Of a DNA stretch of 64,000 nucleotides, positions 50,572 through 64,000 are shown piece after piece. The notes under the pieces are model-generated. The model saw nothing but the letters and a program-made list of their open reading frames with translations, made no database searches and had not been told where the DNA came from. The number at the start of each line of letters is the position of its first letter. Position 1 is the first letter of the stretch. Source of the stretch: Macrostomum lignano. Its lineage: Eukaryota. The translations under genes were made by a program, and so were the position numbers. The DNA lies in NCBI GenBank assembly GCA_002269645.1, contig NIVC01001771.1:175473-239472 (forward strand), in the 5' to 3' direction.

Positions 50572-51032
50572 TTGGAGTTGATCTCTGGAAAATCGGCCTA
50601 ACAGTAATCGCCGTAGCGGTGGCGGGGCCATTCCTGCTCGCCTGCTTGAGATCAGTTCTGAGGTGCTCCTATCGCAAGCTGACCCAGTACAGGCGAGGCA
50701 GCTGGTCGCCATCAGAGGTTCCCATGGCAACCTACAGCCGGGGCAAGGACTGCGCAAACGTAGATCTGGACGGGCTATCAGCGGACGAACTCTGGGGCGT
50801 CAATAGCGGCAGCGGTGCGGCATCGACGTGCAACACCCTGCTGAATGGGTGCGACGTCGGGCGGCGAGCCGAGCCATTCGGCAATCGACAAGAGGCAGCA
50901 GCGACGGTCCCGGACGTTGTCTATGCCCAAGTGCTGAAGGTCAGCGGTGATGCTCGGCAGCAGGAGGAAGTGAACAAGTCGGCTGCCAGCTTGGCTACCG
51001 AGTACACAGAGATTGTGAAAAGCAACGCCTAA
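50572..51032 (+). CDS. Receptor exon 12 (TM helix plus cytoplasmic tail with ITIM/ITSM-like motifs)
   Basis: ctcgcag|; IGLTVIAVAVAGPFLLACL followed by basic RSVLRCSYRK; VVYAQV and TEYTEI; stop at 51032. Confidence 0.82.
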
Positions 51033-53102
51033 TTTTTATTACAAAAATCATCTGCACTTACTAGTGAATAGTAACTCCTTATGTTTCTGCGCATTGATTA
51101 AACAGACGATTTTATCCAGCGCTGCTCAGGACTAAATGCAATGATTGCAATTGATATCCATTACAATATTCTCTAATTAATTATGCATTCATTAACAGTC
51201 GAAACTGTAGAGTCGCTACAGGAGTCTTGCAATAAGTAGTATATAAGAAACACATGCTTTGTTATTTATTGATGAAATATCAACAATAAATATGATTAAC
51301 TACAATACTGTCAGAACACCAACAAAATAAATGAGACTAAAAAGCAAAACTAAATATCATCCTTTTTTGTAACCATTATTATAGTTTTCAAAAGATGTCG
51401 GTTGTCTTGCAAGAAGACGAATCGCCCTTTTATTTCCTTAGCCTTCTCCTTCGCTGCCTGCTGTTGTAATGTACTAAATTGTCTATAACTGTGTAACAAC
51501 GAGAACACACCCAAAAAACAAACGGCGAGTGATTGGACGCGGCTTAAAATAAAAATTCGGCCAAGGGGGAAGGCAAGCAAGTCCTTTACTCGCTAGAATA
51601 ATCGTGCGCCAAAAAGCAAACACAAGAGCTGTCTCCGGCCTTGAGAGCGGAGCACACAAGGCCAGTGGAATAAGGTTGCAGGTATGAGACAAACAGTTTA
51701 TAGGTAGTTTGTATCAACTTTCAGGAACTGTCGGACTTGAATATTATTTTTATTAAATAATAATAAAGTAAAGTAAAACACAAACGATAATAGTAATAGA
51801 AGACTGACGCCGGCAGAGCGAAATAAATTCTGCATTAAAAGCTTGTCTTAAAAATAACACGAGGATAAACTTCAATCTAGCAATATGTTTTTTTCGACTG
51901 GTGGTAAACAGACCTGTCTTTTGCGGGCTTTAATAATAACTTTTATATGCTAAAATAGGAGCGCTGGTATATAATAATAGGCGATATAATCCCACCCGTA
52001 CTGCGCCTTTACGAGTACAATAACCTTTTTTTGTCCCTATTCAAATAAATAGTGTAGTTTTTTTTAAACAACGCTTAGCACGGATCACGGAACTTGAACA
52101 AAAAATAAATAAATAAAATTTCGAGTTGGATTGGATTTCTGAGTTTAAAAATAAAAAAACAAGAGGCCGTGTCCAAAGGTTATAATGATTAGTGCAGTTT
52201 TTAAGCACTTGCAAACGCTGCTGTTAGTAAAGTAGCTCGTACAAAGTCCGCCAGAGCAGCCAATCAAAGCACAACCCGCGGCATTTGCAAGCGCCGTATT
52301 AACTAAACAAATATGCTTTAAAAAAACAAAAGACAACGGAAAAAACTCGGGACAGAACGGAAAGTGAAACAGGTTAGTATTTTATAATATAGCCATCGGA
52401 ACACAAGCCGGGACTTGGTTGGGGACACAGAAAAATGAACCACCAAATCCGGCATCTGATTTGAAGCGGCGGCGGCGCTCCGGCACAACTTCGGCGGCAG
52501 ATGAAAGCACATCTCCAACTTCTACTAGTCGTTCTTTTTCGGAAACAAAAAAACATTTTTTTTTGGATTTGAGTTACTGGGGGTTATCGGATCAAACGCA
52601 CCCGAAAAAACAGTTTTTGCTATTTTTTTGTAAGCTAGCGCACGGCCGACAGAGTTGACAGACTTGTGTTTGTATCGTCTGTGCCTTATTATCTACTTAT
52701 TAGATCTAATAAATAGCAGTTTCTAAAGGCTGTCAGTCTTCTGAAGGCTAGTGCGCCAACCGTTTTTTTCGAATAGAAAACGCGCGATGATGACACGCAC
52801 GACTAAAACAGCCGTGCGAGATGAAAGCTGTTGCCATAGCAACGAAACATGAGAGCTTATTATGAGCGATACGAAGAGCTGATAGAAAATTCGGACGTAA
52901 ACTGGGAGCATATAGTGAGTCCATTTTTTTATTGAAACGTTAACGAGCTTTGCAACCAGGGTTTGGAGGGTCTCCGTTTGGAAAAGAAAACTTACTAAAA
53001 GAAACTACTAAGTCCTTCAGATGACGCAGACAATTTTCAAACGGTCTTGACCAAGTTTCACTGCATTGTAGGGCGATTCGTTCGATTCTTTTCTCTCACA
53101 AG

Positions 53103-53210
53103 TTAGTTCTGCTTCTCGCCGGCCGCGGCCTGGGCGGCGCCGGACTGCTGGCCGCCGGTGGCCTGGCTCTTGGCCTGGTGGGCGTGCAGAACGGCCACGG
53201 CCTCGTCCAC
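53103..53210 (-). CDS. PABPC1: PABPC exon 4 (end of MLLE domain)
   Basis: ctaatctcag|VDEAVAVLHAHQA...EKQN*. Confidence 0.93.
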   Translation of the reverse strand: MDEAVAVLHAHQAKSQATGGQQSGAAQAAAGEKQN

Positions 53211-53279
53211 CTGAGATTAGTTAATAGCGGCGGGTTGCAATGATGCAATGAGAATTTTTTAGAGCAAGGCGAAATTATA

Positions 53280-53460
53280 ATCTCTCTCTAATCACTTCTC
53301 TTTTCTCCCTTCTCTTATTTCATTCCTCCTCTTCTTTATTCCCTCACCTCTACTTTGTGATATCTGTTTGCTCTCTTCTCTATTACCTCTCCTCCCCCTC
53401 CTCTAGCCCGCAGTCTGCGCTAGGTTCTCTCTATCTGTCCCTTGAGGTAAAAAGACCTTG
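53280..53460. mobile_element. Partial copy of the CT/GA-tract MITE family
   Basis: Shares CCGCA.TCTGCGCTAGGTTCTCTCTATCTG with 54500-54550. Confidence 0.55.
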
Positions 53461-53681
53461 GCTTCAACGGGGGATCGCGGCTCCTAGTACTGTATTTCTA
53501 ACAGACTTTCGCAGCAAGGGGGTAAAATATGACTTAGTCTAATTTGACGCATGATACCACAAGCGAGGCCTGTAACTTTGCAAACTAACCGCAGCCGACT
53601 ATGCTTAACTTTACAGGTGCTGGCTGGCAGCTAGCAGAGACCTAGGATTGACATTGCAATAATAGCAATACATATGGATGC

Positions 53682-53856
53682 AAGTGTCTGCAGGGACAGG
53701 TGCGCCGTGCAGTTTTAATATCAATCATATTGACTACCGCACGGCGCGTTTAATCTGCAGTCTTTCACATAAAAAATCAATATAACAGCCGTTGGTTACA
53801 ACAAGAGCGCTAGTTGGCATCGAAGGCAATAGCGAACTTGCAGATTTCGACTGTAA
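53682..53856 (-). ncRNA. H/ACA snoRNA candidate A (PABPC intron 3)
   Basis: Two hairpins; variant H box ATATTG; 3' pocket TTAAAC/ACCTGTC; ACA exactly 14 nt after the pocket. Confidence 0.72.
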
Positions 53857-53890
53857 AGGATGAGCTTTCAATTATCAATTATTGCACAGC

Positions 53891-54058
53891 TGCTGTACGC
53901 GGAGACAGGTGTACCGCAGGGCAAATTTAATTGGAGAGATGCAAAATGCGGCACGTTTAATCCGAGAGACAACAATCTCACAGTTGTTGGTTCAACAAGA
54001 CCGCTGCTTGTGCTTTATTATTGAATAAAACAATACGGACTTGTAGATCGCAACTGTT
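53891..54058 (-). ncRNA. H/ACA snoRNA candidate B (PABPC intron 3)
   Basis: Two hairpins; variant H box AGATTG; same 3' pocket; ACA at 14 nt. Confidence 0.75.
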
Positions 54059-54255
54059 GCCGGGCGGAAATAGCATTTATTATTATAAGGGGGAATTCCA
54101 GGGAGCAACTACCGGAGCAATGCAAGCACTTTACATAAACACCTTGGTTCTCTTACACCTGCAGCTGTGTCTGCATGGCAACTCGAAATCATCCCATTTA
54201 TTATCAGCCTGAGAGCCTACCACAAGTTCATGTTCTATTTTTCATCAATTTAAAT

Positions 54256-54573
54256 CAGGGGTAGGCAAACTCCGGCCCTCAAAGCCTCTCTATCCAAACC
54301 ATCGGGTCCTTTGAAACTTCACAATGACAATCCGGCTCGCTAAAGATTTGTGTCTTCTCTCAGCTCTCTTTGATCTCTAATCTCCTATTCTCTCCCCTCC
54401 TCCCTTCTTTTATTTCACCCTTCCTCTCCTCTTGTCTCCTCTCTTTTATTTCCTCACCTTTACTTTGTCCTATCTCTCTTCTCTATTACCCCTCCTCTCT
54501 CCCCCCTCCCTTGACCCGCACTCTGCGCTAGGTTCTCTCTATCTGGCCCTTCAGTTAAAATTGCTGACACTTG
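54256..54573. mobile_element. hAT-like MITE with internal CT-rich tract
   Basis: Ends CAGGGGTAGGCAAACT and AAATTGCTGACACTTG form imperfect CAGNG-type TIRs. Confidence 0.6.
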
Positions 54574-54760
54574 ATTAAGGTGTACTTTTATTAAATTTAT
54601 GACGCAGTTATATCAATTTGTGGGTACATTATCAATATTAATCTATAATTTATGATTGAATTTTCATACTTTGAAACATCTTTCGGGAATTTTCTCGAAA
54701 TTCACAGTTGAATACAATAATAAACTAGTCCCCAATAGTGGTGTCCGTTAATTAGTGCTA

Positions 54761-55738
<978 letters not shown>

Positions 55739-55817
55739 TCAACGTGGATTACAATGTAGATAACAGCATCGAGATAAGTGGGATGAGAATATATACATCA
55801 AGAATTGATACCAAATG

Positions 55818-55997
55818 CATTGTGAGCGGAGACAGGTTCGTCAAATTGCCAATTGGATGTTAAACATTTAATGACAATGACGAGTTTTAATCCGCCCCCA
55901 AACCGATTGTATAGGACAGCTTAAAAAATCTAATTAAGACACGTAAACGCAAAACGATTGAGTAGATCGCATCGTTGACATGCCAATAGGCTGTCCA
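55818..55997 (-). ncRNA. H/ACA snoRNA candidate C (PABPC intron 2)
   Basis: GGACAGC/GCTGTCC hairpin; canonical H box ATACAA (55912-55907); 3' pocket TAAAAC/ACCTGTC; ACA at 14 nt. Confidence 0.82.
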
Positions 55998-56192
55998 TAA
56001 TATCAACAAACTAAACAGGTTTTGTTTTCGTTGTAATTGAAAATACAGCTACTGGCTGGCTGGCATCTGGTGCTCAATAATCGCATCTTTTTAAAAAATC
56101 GTTTCGCAAACGAACTGGCCTGGGTTGGTCAGCCCGGGCCCCATTTCTCTAGACTGATACCGAAAGATACAGAGTACAGACGATAATCTCAT

Positions 56193-56360
56193 TAATGTAA
56201 GCGGAGACAGGTTCGCCAATCGCCAATTAGAATAAGCACAACTGACGCGTTTTAATCCACTCTAACAAACCCATTTGTGTCGGGCAGATCTTGTCTGCAT
56301 AGATAGACATACAACACTAGCCACTGATAAACGGCTTAGTGCCCATGACAATACTGCCCA
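56193..56360 (-). ncRNA. H/ACA snoRNA candidate D (PABPC intron 2)
   Basis: GGGCAG/CTGCCC hairpin; H box ACACAA (56280-56275); same 3' pocket; ACA at 14 nt. Confidence 0.82.
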
Positions 56361-56392
56361 GTAAGCAATGACCCAATTAAAGACTATCTTAC

Positions 56393-57171
56393 CTTGGCAG
56401 ACGTGATGTTTCCAAATGAGGCGAACTCGGCCTTCAGCTTCTCGTCGTCAATGGTGTCATCCAGATTCTTCACGTACAGATTAACGCCAGTCTGGTAGCG
56501 ATTCATTCGCTCCTGCTTCTGGCGTTCGAATTTCTCGCGAAGCTCGGCCTGTCGCTCGCCCTTCTTCTGGGCCCGGCCGACGTAGAGAGTCTTGCCGTTG
56601 ATCTCCTTGCCGTTAAGCGCGGAGACGGCGGCCTCGGCCGACTCTGGCTCTTTGAAGCAGACGAAGCCAAATCCTTTGCCTTTGCCAGTTTCGTCCAACA
56701 TCACCCTGGACGAGGTGATCTCGCCGAACTCCGAGAACATGGTGTGAAAGCTCTCTTCAGTGAGCTCGTCGCCAAAGTTCTTAACAAACACGTTGGTAAA
56801 CTTCTTATCGCTGCTGTTGCTGTGCCGCTCCTTGCGCGGCACGAATGGGCCAACAAAGACTTTCTTGCCAGCCAGAAGCATACCGTTGACCTTCTCGATA
56901 GCCTGGTCGGCGGCCTCTTGAGTCTCAAAGTGCACAAAGCCGTAGCCGCGCGAGTTGCCAGTCTCGTCATTAGCAATTTTGCAAGACAAAATGTTGCCAA
57001 AGGCCGAGAATGTGTCGAACATGGCTTTGTTGTCAATCTGCTTGTCCAAATTCTTAATAAAGATGTTGCCTTGTCCCGACTTGCGCAAGGACGGGTCTCG
57101 CTGAGACCACATGATGCGAATCGGGCGCCCCTTCATCGGATCGAAGTTCATCGTGTCCAAAGCGCGCTCGG
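56393..57171 (-). CDS. PABPC1: PABPC exon 2 (RRM1 end, RRM2, RRM3, RRM4 start)
   Basis: [11 protein letters not shown]...[26 protein letters not shown]...[11 protein letters not shown]; canonical ttag| and aag|gtaaga. Confidence 0.98.
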
Positions 57172-59410
57172 CTAAAGTGAATTAATAAAAAGAATGAGCA
57201 AAATGCAATTTCTGTCCATTAAAGAATGCTCGAATTTGATGCAATAAAGCTTTGTGTTTTCTCATATGCTTTGTTGGAAATGAGAGTAGTTATAGCATAG
57301 CTTATATAACTGACTATAGTTTTATTAGTATATGTTTGACTTTGCATTCTGGCAAGCTAAATTCACTAGTCAGCTAAACAAGCATTGAAATTTGCTTTTT
57401 ATTTAAGAAAAACTTGTATTTATTCAACAGTTAATTTTTAAACTACCTGCCTGCGAGCTGCATCACACATGAGTGCTTGATCAGGTTATTTTAACCTTTT
57501 GCTAAACTATGGGCTATGGCTGCACTGCACCACTGGTGCCATTGTGAAACAAGGAATTTGCATGCAGTGGCTTAGAAAAAGAAGACTTTGTCACACTATA
57601 GTAGCTTGTACATGTAGTAAATCTAAAGAATGTAGTTTTCTTTTTTCTATGCTACTGATCAACAATCTTTAACCAAGATCAACCAAAACTTATTGCTGCA
57701 TCTTTATGCTTCAATCATCATTTGCTATAAAAGTTTTATCATTTCTTGATTGTAGTGTTCTACTGTAAGGAGGGTCTATGAACCGTAGCTGTAGCTGTAA
57801 ACAAAAATATGGCTTATTCCAATTCTCCATAATCTGTAGCCATAGGGACAATATTACCATATTCCCATAGTTCCTATAGCTGTAGCTGTAGTTTTACCAA
57901 AAATCTAGAAAACAAAATATATTTTGAATCAAGAAGATAACCTGGTGCTTAAACAACTGCAAACTAATTTAGAAAATAAAAGAAACTTGATTGCCTTTGT
58001 AAGATTACATTTTGTCTTTTTACAGAGCAACAATACTTAATTGCTACTGAAAGTACTAATGCTGAACCTTTTCACATTAATAAAAATTAGAGTTTGCTAG
58101 TGTTTTATTGTACTTTATTATGCATATTCTATGTTTCTAAGTTGATAATACTAACTAAAATATCTTTGTTTTACTTTACCTGTGTATAGTATTTTTTTAA
58201 AATTAATAACTACAGCTACAGGAATCTACAGAATGTGACAGCAACTACCATATTTCTGTAGTTGTAGCTAAAAGAGCAGCTAGCTACTATAGGCGTTTCT
58301 GTAGCTGCCATAGGCACCTATTTTATCATATATTTGCCATAGGATCTCATAGCCATAGTGCTCTATAGCTATGGCAGAACACTACTTGATTCTATGTCTT
58401 GCTTTGCAATGATATCTTATACAAATGATTGTCTATTGATTTCCCCAAGATGTTTTCTTCCAAAATGTGTTTGCAAAAGGTGCCACTGAATTTTTCTTTT
58501 GACACACTTTGCATTCATGCCAATCTTTTTCCTTTAAAACAGAAAATTTATACTTATGGGCTTAATAATATGATAAAATCCACATTTAAGTTAGTTAAAA
58601 GTCAATGCTAGTTGCCAATAATTAGTATAAGACTATCAAACTTAGGTCTTGGGATATAACATTATAATGAAGTGACTTTTAGCAAAAGGTTATTATTATG
58701 ATTTCTCATGTTTTGGTCAATTTATTTAGTTTGAAAACATGCTAGCATTCTTTCAATTTACAATTATCTCAGTTACAATTATCACTTTAATTGTTTAAAC
58801 AGTTGTAAAACATAAAAACTAACAATAGTTTTAAATGAAAACAAATTAAAAGTTGGAAAATGAACTTTGTTTTGGGCCTTTTTCAAAGGATAATAAGATT
58901 ATTGTAACTTATATATCACCTTTAGTTTAGGATCACCCAAACATGTTTCCAATTAAGCAACTATAGGAAAAGGTGTCAAATAGTCTCATGTTTGATCATG
59001 TCAAATGTTAAGTAGCAAATCCTTTTCCTTACCTTTGCATCTTTTTCACCTTTGGTTTACATTACAATCACTTTCACATATTCTATCCATTGAAATGATT
59101 GCAAACCAAAGCTAGTAATATTACCTTTATCCAAAGTGCATGTGCATTATGTACAATATTAATTTTATCCAGCTTTGGTTTACAATCATTTTTAAGTCAG
59201 TATATGCATTTGCCATCATATATTCAAATGATTATATACTAAAGCTAATATATATGCACCATCCAACAAATTGCACTTTTCAATATTGCATATTTTTGTC
59301 AGCCTGTTTTCAGTTTTGAACATGCCATTTTTATGCTGCAATGAGCAAAGTATAAGGTGCTTATAAACCAAAACTGGCAAAATAATAAGGTGATTATAAA
59401 CTAAGGTAAT

Positions 59411-59695
59411 GGCTAGAGTTCCTGCCTAGAACCCATTTTCTAATAGCTATGGATCCGGCAGTGCCATATAAAAGCATATAAAAAACTACTAAGAACATAT
59501 CTTAAAGAAGTCTAAACATTAGGCCTATAGAAGCATCTTGTTTCAAATCTTATCATATTGTCTTAAATCTTATCAAAACAAAATCTCTATATCAGCCACC
59601 TGTAGAAAGAAATATATAATGTTTTGTCTATATTATAATGGCACTGCCAGATCCCTAGCCATTAGAAAATGGGTTCTAGTGCTGGAACTCTAGCC
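59411..59695. mobile_element. MITE-like element with about 59-bp inverted ends (PABPC intron 1)
   Basis: GGCTAGAGTTCC..CTAGAACCCATTTTCTAAT..GGCAGTGCCAT vs its reverse complement at 59635-59695. Confidence 0.7.
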
Positions 59696-59820
59696 CCAGC
59701 ACTGCTATAAACTGAAGGATTGCCAATTTGCCAATTTTTTTTCAAGTTTTAGTGTAGTTTTTTATTAAATGATTAAATTGGTATTATGCCTATGGTATAG
59801 TAGCTACATAGCCAAATTCA

Positions 59821-60102
<282 letters not shown>

Positions 60103-60799
60103 TTAGTAGTAGTTCCAAACACTGGTAGAAAACTTTTTTCAATTTTTTATATTTTCTTTAATACTCTAATCACGTCCAAAGTAGCTTCAGATTCGACAAT
60201 AAGGGTCGAAGAATAGAGTGCGACCTGTAAGAAGAAAAGCAACGAACGTTATCGTCGGAAGTGGTCAATATAACTTCTGCAATTGTATTCTAACAAAAAT
60301 ATGACCGTGTTTTTACTGCTTTAAAATTTTTAGATGATTTTCTTATATTTTTTATTATTTTAATATAATACTGTCTTTCTGTATATTTTTTTATAAGAAC
60401 CATAATGTTTAGTTTAAAGAATGAACGAGGCAAGAAAACTCACCAGACTTACTATTAGAAACCTTCGTTTGTGGATCAAATATCTCGAAATTGGGGGATG
60501 TGGTAGTGCACGAAAAGCTTGAATGTCAGAGGAGGAAAATTTTGGTGGTTGTGGATGACCCGAAAGAAGCTGGGTGTGGAATTGAGCACGAATCGAACAA
60601 CTCAAAGTCACTATTTAAGAATTTAGTTGCATTGAAAGTCGGGAGAACTCGGAGCAGGAAAAATCGGAAGTTGAACTGTCGCCAACAATGCATACTGGCC
60701 CAAGAGGTACTTTTGGGCAAAAGCGATTTTATTTTGTTGAACGAGTCCGTTATTTATGCATGTAATTCTAATTACATAACCACGTCAAAATTATCGTCA

Positions 60800-62440
60800 A
60801 GAAGATCTTGGACATAGCCACGCCTTCAAACCGCAAGGAACTGGAGCAGGTTCTCGGTCTAGTTAATTTCTTTGGCCGGCTGGTCCCAAACTTTGCTGGC
60901 AAAACGAAGTGCCTACATAACCTCCGGCGTGATGACGCCACATTTGTTTGGTCAGCCGAGTGCGATAAAGCGTTTATAGCGTTAAAAAGGATCAATCTCG
61001 TCGGCACCTGTGGTCCAGCCATATTCGCTAGAGGAGTTATCGCTCACAACTGATGCCTCTAAAGGTGCACTTGCCGGCGTCGTCACGCAAGACGTCACCA
61101 GTAATATTCATATCTCGTTGTTTGTCCAGCGCTGAAAAGAACTATGCGAACATCGAACGGGAAGCGCTGGCCATATTCTGGGCCGTCAATCGCCTCAAGC
61201 ATTATCTCATGGGCCGAAAATTCACCATACAGACAGATCACCAACCTCTGATTCGTTTGTTTGGCCAGTCGCATGGCGTGCCACCAACACATCTGTTCGC
61301 ATCTCGAGATGGGCATTTGCAATGAAGCACTATGACTACTAAAATCAATACACGCCCTGGTCCAAAATACCTCACGCAGACGCTCTGTCTCGTTTACGCT
61401 TTACTGACCATCGGCAGATACGGCAGAGCTGTCCGATGCTATAAACTGCGTCGCGTTTGAGACGCTCATGGTACCACAGCACCGCATTCTAGCAGAATTG
61501 GAGATGGGTCCAGTTATTCAGAGCGTAATTAATCGCGTTAAAACTGGAAGGTCGACGGGCTGCTCTCAGGCGGAAAGCCCTTCGCTAAGGTTTCTGACAG
61601 CCTCACCATTGAAGGTGGTCTACTTGTTTATGGGCGTCGCATATTTATTCCATCACGCTGAGAGCCGAGGCATTCCCACTGCACACCGCCACTCAGGCTA
61701 CATCTCGCCTACAATTACATGGCCTTGTCCTGCTGGTGGCCAGGAATGCGCGCAGATGTTGAACGCTTCGTCCGTAACTGTCCGATCTGCAATCAGTTGC
61801 GACCAAGATTATCACCAGAACGACACGCATGGCCATCTGCCGAGTACGCTTTCCAAAAACTGCATAAGGAGTGGGCCTTTGTACAACGAAGCGTCGATAC
61901 TTTCTCAGGATGGATTGAAGCGTTTCCATGCAAGGATCGCTCCTCAAAATCTGTAATTTCATCGCTTCGAACCGTATTCACTCGTTTCGGAATCCCTGAG
62001 TTGCTGGTCTCCGACAATGCTCCAGAGTTTACTAGCGACCCAGTGCGCCTCTGGCTAAAGGCAAACGGGGTTCGCAAACTCGAATCGCCAACATATTACC
62101 CCCAGGCTAATGGAGCCGCCGAACTGGCCGTGCAAACTGTCAAGCGCGCCCTGCGTGCCTGGGATGATCGCATAACCACGCAGAGTTCACTCCGTTTTTA
62201 CAGAGTTCTGCTGCACCACCGAGTTTCGTCGCACACTCGTGGAAAGAGCCCGGCCGAGTTGGTCTTCGGTCGGCCAATCCGAGTCCCTGTACGGTCTCGC
62301 ATTCCAGCAAGGTGAAAGCGTGCTGTATCACTTGACCAACGATGAGCTGCCTAAACGTGTAGAGTACGTCCTGCACCAAGGCCGCAACACGCTTGGATTT
62401 GCGATGGAGATAACTTGCGCCTCGCCAGTACCAACCAGCT
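60800..62440 (+). mobile_element. Decayed Ty3/Gypsy pol fragment (RT connection, RNase H, integrase)
   Basis: LGLVNFFGRLVPNFA; TDAS; AEKNYANIEREALAI; TDHQPL; WWPGM..CPIC; VDTFSGW; VSDNAPEF; PQANGAAE. RT-RH-IN order with many frameshifts; no LTR recognised. Confidence 0.92.
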
Positions 62441-62899
62441 AGCACCAGACCGAACCAGGATCCGGAGGAGGATGCCGCTGATAGCTCCGGGAATGCGACA
62501 GATGCGGACCCGGAAACGCAGCCCGAAAGCACAACCGGCCGTCAGGAAGACCCGGTGGCCCCTGCTGAGTCTTCAGGCGCATCCCCACGTCGAACCAATC
62601 GCCGGCGACGGCCCCCGACCGCTTTGTTCCGTGACCGACCATCACGTGTCATTGTTTGAAACGTTACGACATGCTAAACAGCCTCTGATAACACTATAGC
62701 GTATGTTCTCGCCTCGACTCTTTCACAACAAAATATTAGAAATGTTCTTACTGTTCGTATCAATGTTCACGTCACTCCCGGTACAGGGGACATAACGTAG
62801 CCCCAGTCAAAGCTTGTCACATTAGTATTTAGTTTTTGGCTATATCTCGCACTCTACAGTTCCCTCGGTCGCATACCATCGTTAATATCTACCGCTCTG

Positions 62900-63432
62900 G
62901 GGGGTCTTTTCTCGAAAGCAACTTACGATCGACATAGACGTACGTAAGTTTGGGTAAGCTACACATACGGGTTGCTCGAAGGGCTCGCAAGTTAGCTATG
63001 CGTACATGTAAGATTGATCGCAACTTTACGAGTTCAACTTTGCGCAAAAGACTGTTTCTCGAAACGTTCGTATGTCTATGGTCTTTCGTAAGTTGATCTT
63101 AACCATACGACTGCTCGGTATCAGTCGTAAGACGCACTTAAGCACTAATCGCATAGTACGTGAAGCTTTAGTCAAGCCAAGTCAAGTTAAACTTTATCGA
63201 AGGGGTCTTTCTCGAAAGCAACTTACGATAGACTAAGTAAAGATATTTGCAGATTTATGACACATAGACATGCAACTTTTCGTTTCAGATACGACTTACG
63301 AACAGCGTAAGCCACGCAAAGTCTAAGTGAGTTTTGAGAAAGCGTCTTACGAGCAAACTTACGCTACACGTAAATTTCTTTCTTACGATCTAACTTACCA
63401 TAGAACTTACGTGAGTTTCGAGAAACACCCCC
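62900..63432. mobile_element. PIF/Harbinger-like MITE with CTG target duplication
   Basis: TIR GGGGGT.TTTCTCGAAA / TTTCGAGAAACACCCCC; CTG on both flanks; internal CTTACG repeats and an internal TIR copy at about 63202. Confidence 0.65.
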
Positions 63433-64000
63433 CTGGCTTTTAATCTTAATACTAATATGCCTGCTCATCTTTGAATCTTAACACTGAAAAACATTCGCTT
63501 TGACGGCTTTGCCGATAGAGTAATCCGTTGTTCCGGTCATCACAAGTTTCAATAGAGGCATTAAGTACAATTAAAAGGTATGAATTTTTCGTTTTTCTTA
63601 AGCGCCATCAAGAAATGGCTGCTAGCGTTTCTGCCTGCTTAACTGACACCTTGATTTTGGACAAAACACAGCTGGTTTGAATGATCTATGATCGAATGTC
63701 TAAAATTTCAAAAATTAAATGTATCGTTTTTTCGGACTGCCAGTTTGTATTTGCGTGTTAGCGAATTCGAGAGAAAAAACAGCAGCGTTTAGCAATTCAA
63801 AATTAAATTTTCATTTTACCAGTTATTAAAATAGCTCGAATGCCAACACAGCTAGCTTCGAAGAGTGGTCCTTCGATTAGCGCCTCGATTGCATGAAGCC
63901 GCGGCAGTCATGACCTCATTCTAATCAATACAGGCTCAGCTGAATTCACACATCCCTCTCGAGCTCTCTGCCATCAGTGTCGGAGTATAAAATATAACGC

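Noticed and set aside
60491-60817. Possible Gypsy RT catalytic region (VVVDD...LN...EVLLG)
   Set aside because: Resemblance to YxDD spacing is too loose to call by eye; it needs an HMM search.

Overview
Eukaryotic, intron-rich, minisatellite-dense animal DNA; the style is consistent with a free-living flatworm such as Macrostomum, but that assignment is inference only. Five genes could be assembled by hand from GT-AG junctions. (1) Two head-to-tail orphan class A GPCRs on the minus strand (498-4382 and 7780-12097). (2) Splicing factor SF3A3/Prp9 (16678-23602, minus). (3) A 12-exon plus-strand type I membrane protein (40398-51032): signal peptide, F-type-lectin/discoidin-like domain, about four Ig-like repeats, a TM helix and a tail with ITIM-like (VVYAQV) and ITSM-like (TEYTEI) motifs; two frame breaks are unresolved. 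(4) Cytoplasmic poly(A)-binding protein PABPC (53103-60087, minus). Two PABPC introns hold four paralogous H/ACA snoRNA candidates whose 3' pocket matches the LSU rRNA site GAGACAGGUUAGUUUUA. The rest is about 20 distinct tandem repeats, CORE-like tRNA-SINEs, several MITE/foldback elements, a 7.8-kb TIR-bounded composite element carrying LINE fragments, and a decayed Ty3/Gypsy pol. Most long ORFs in the supplied track are artefacts of the satellites.
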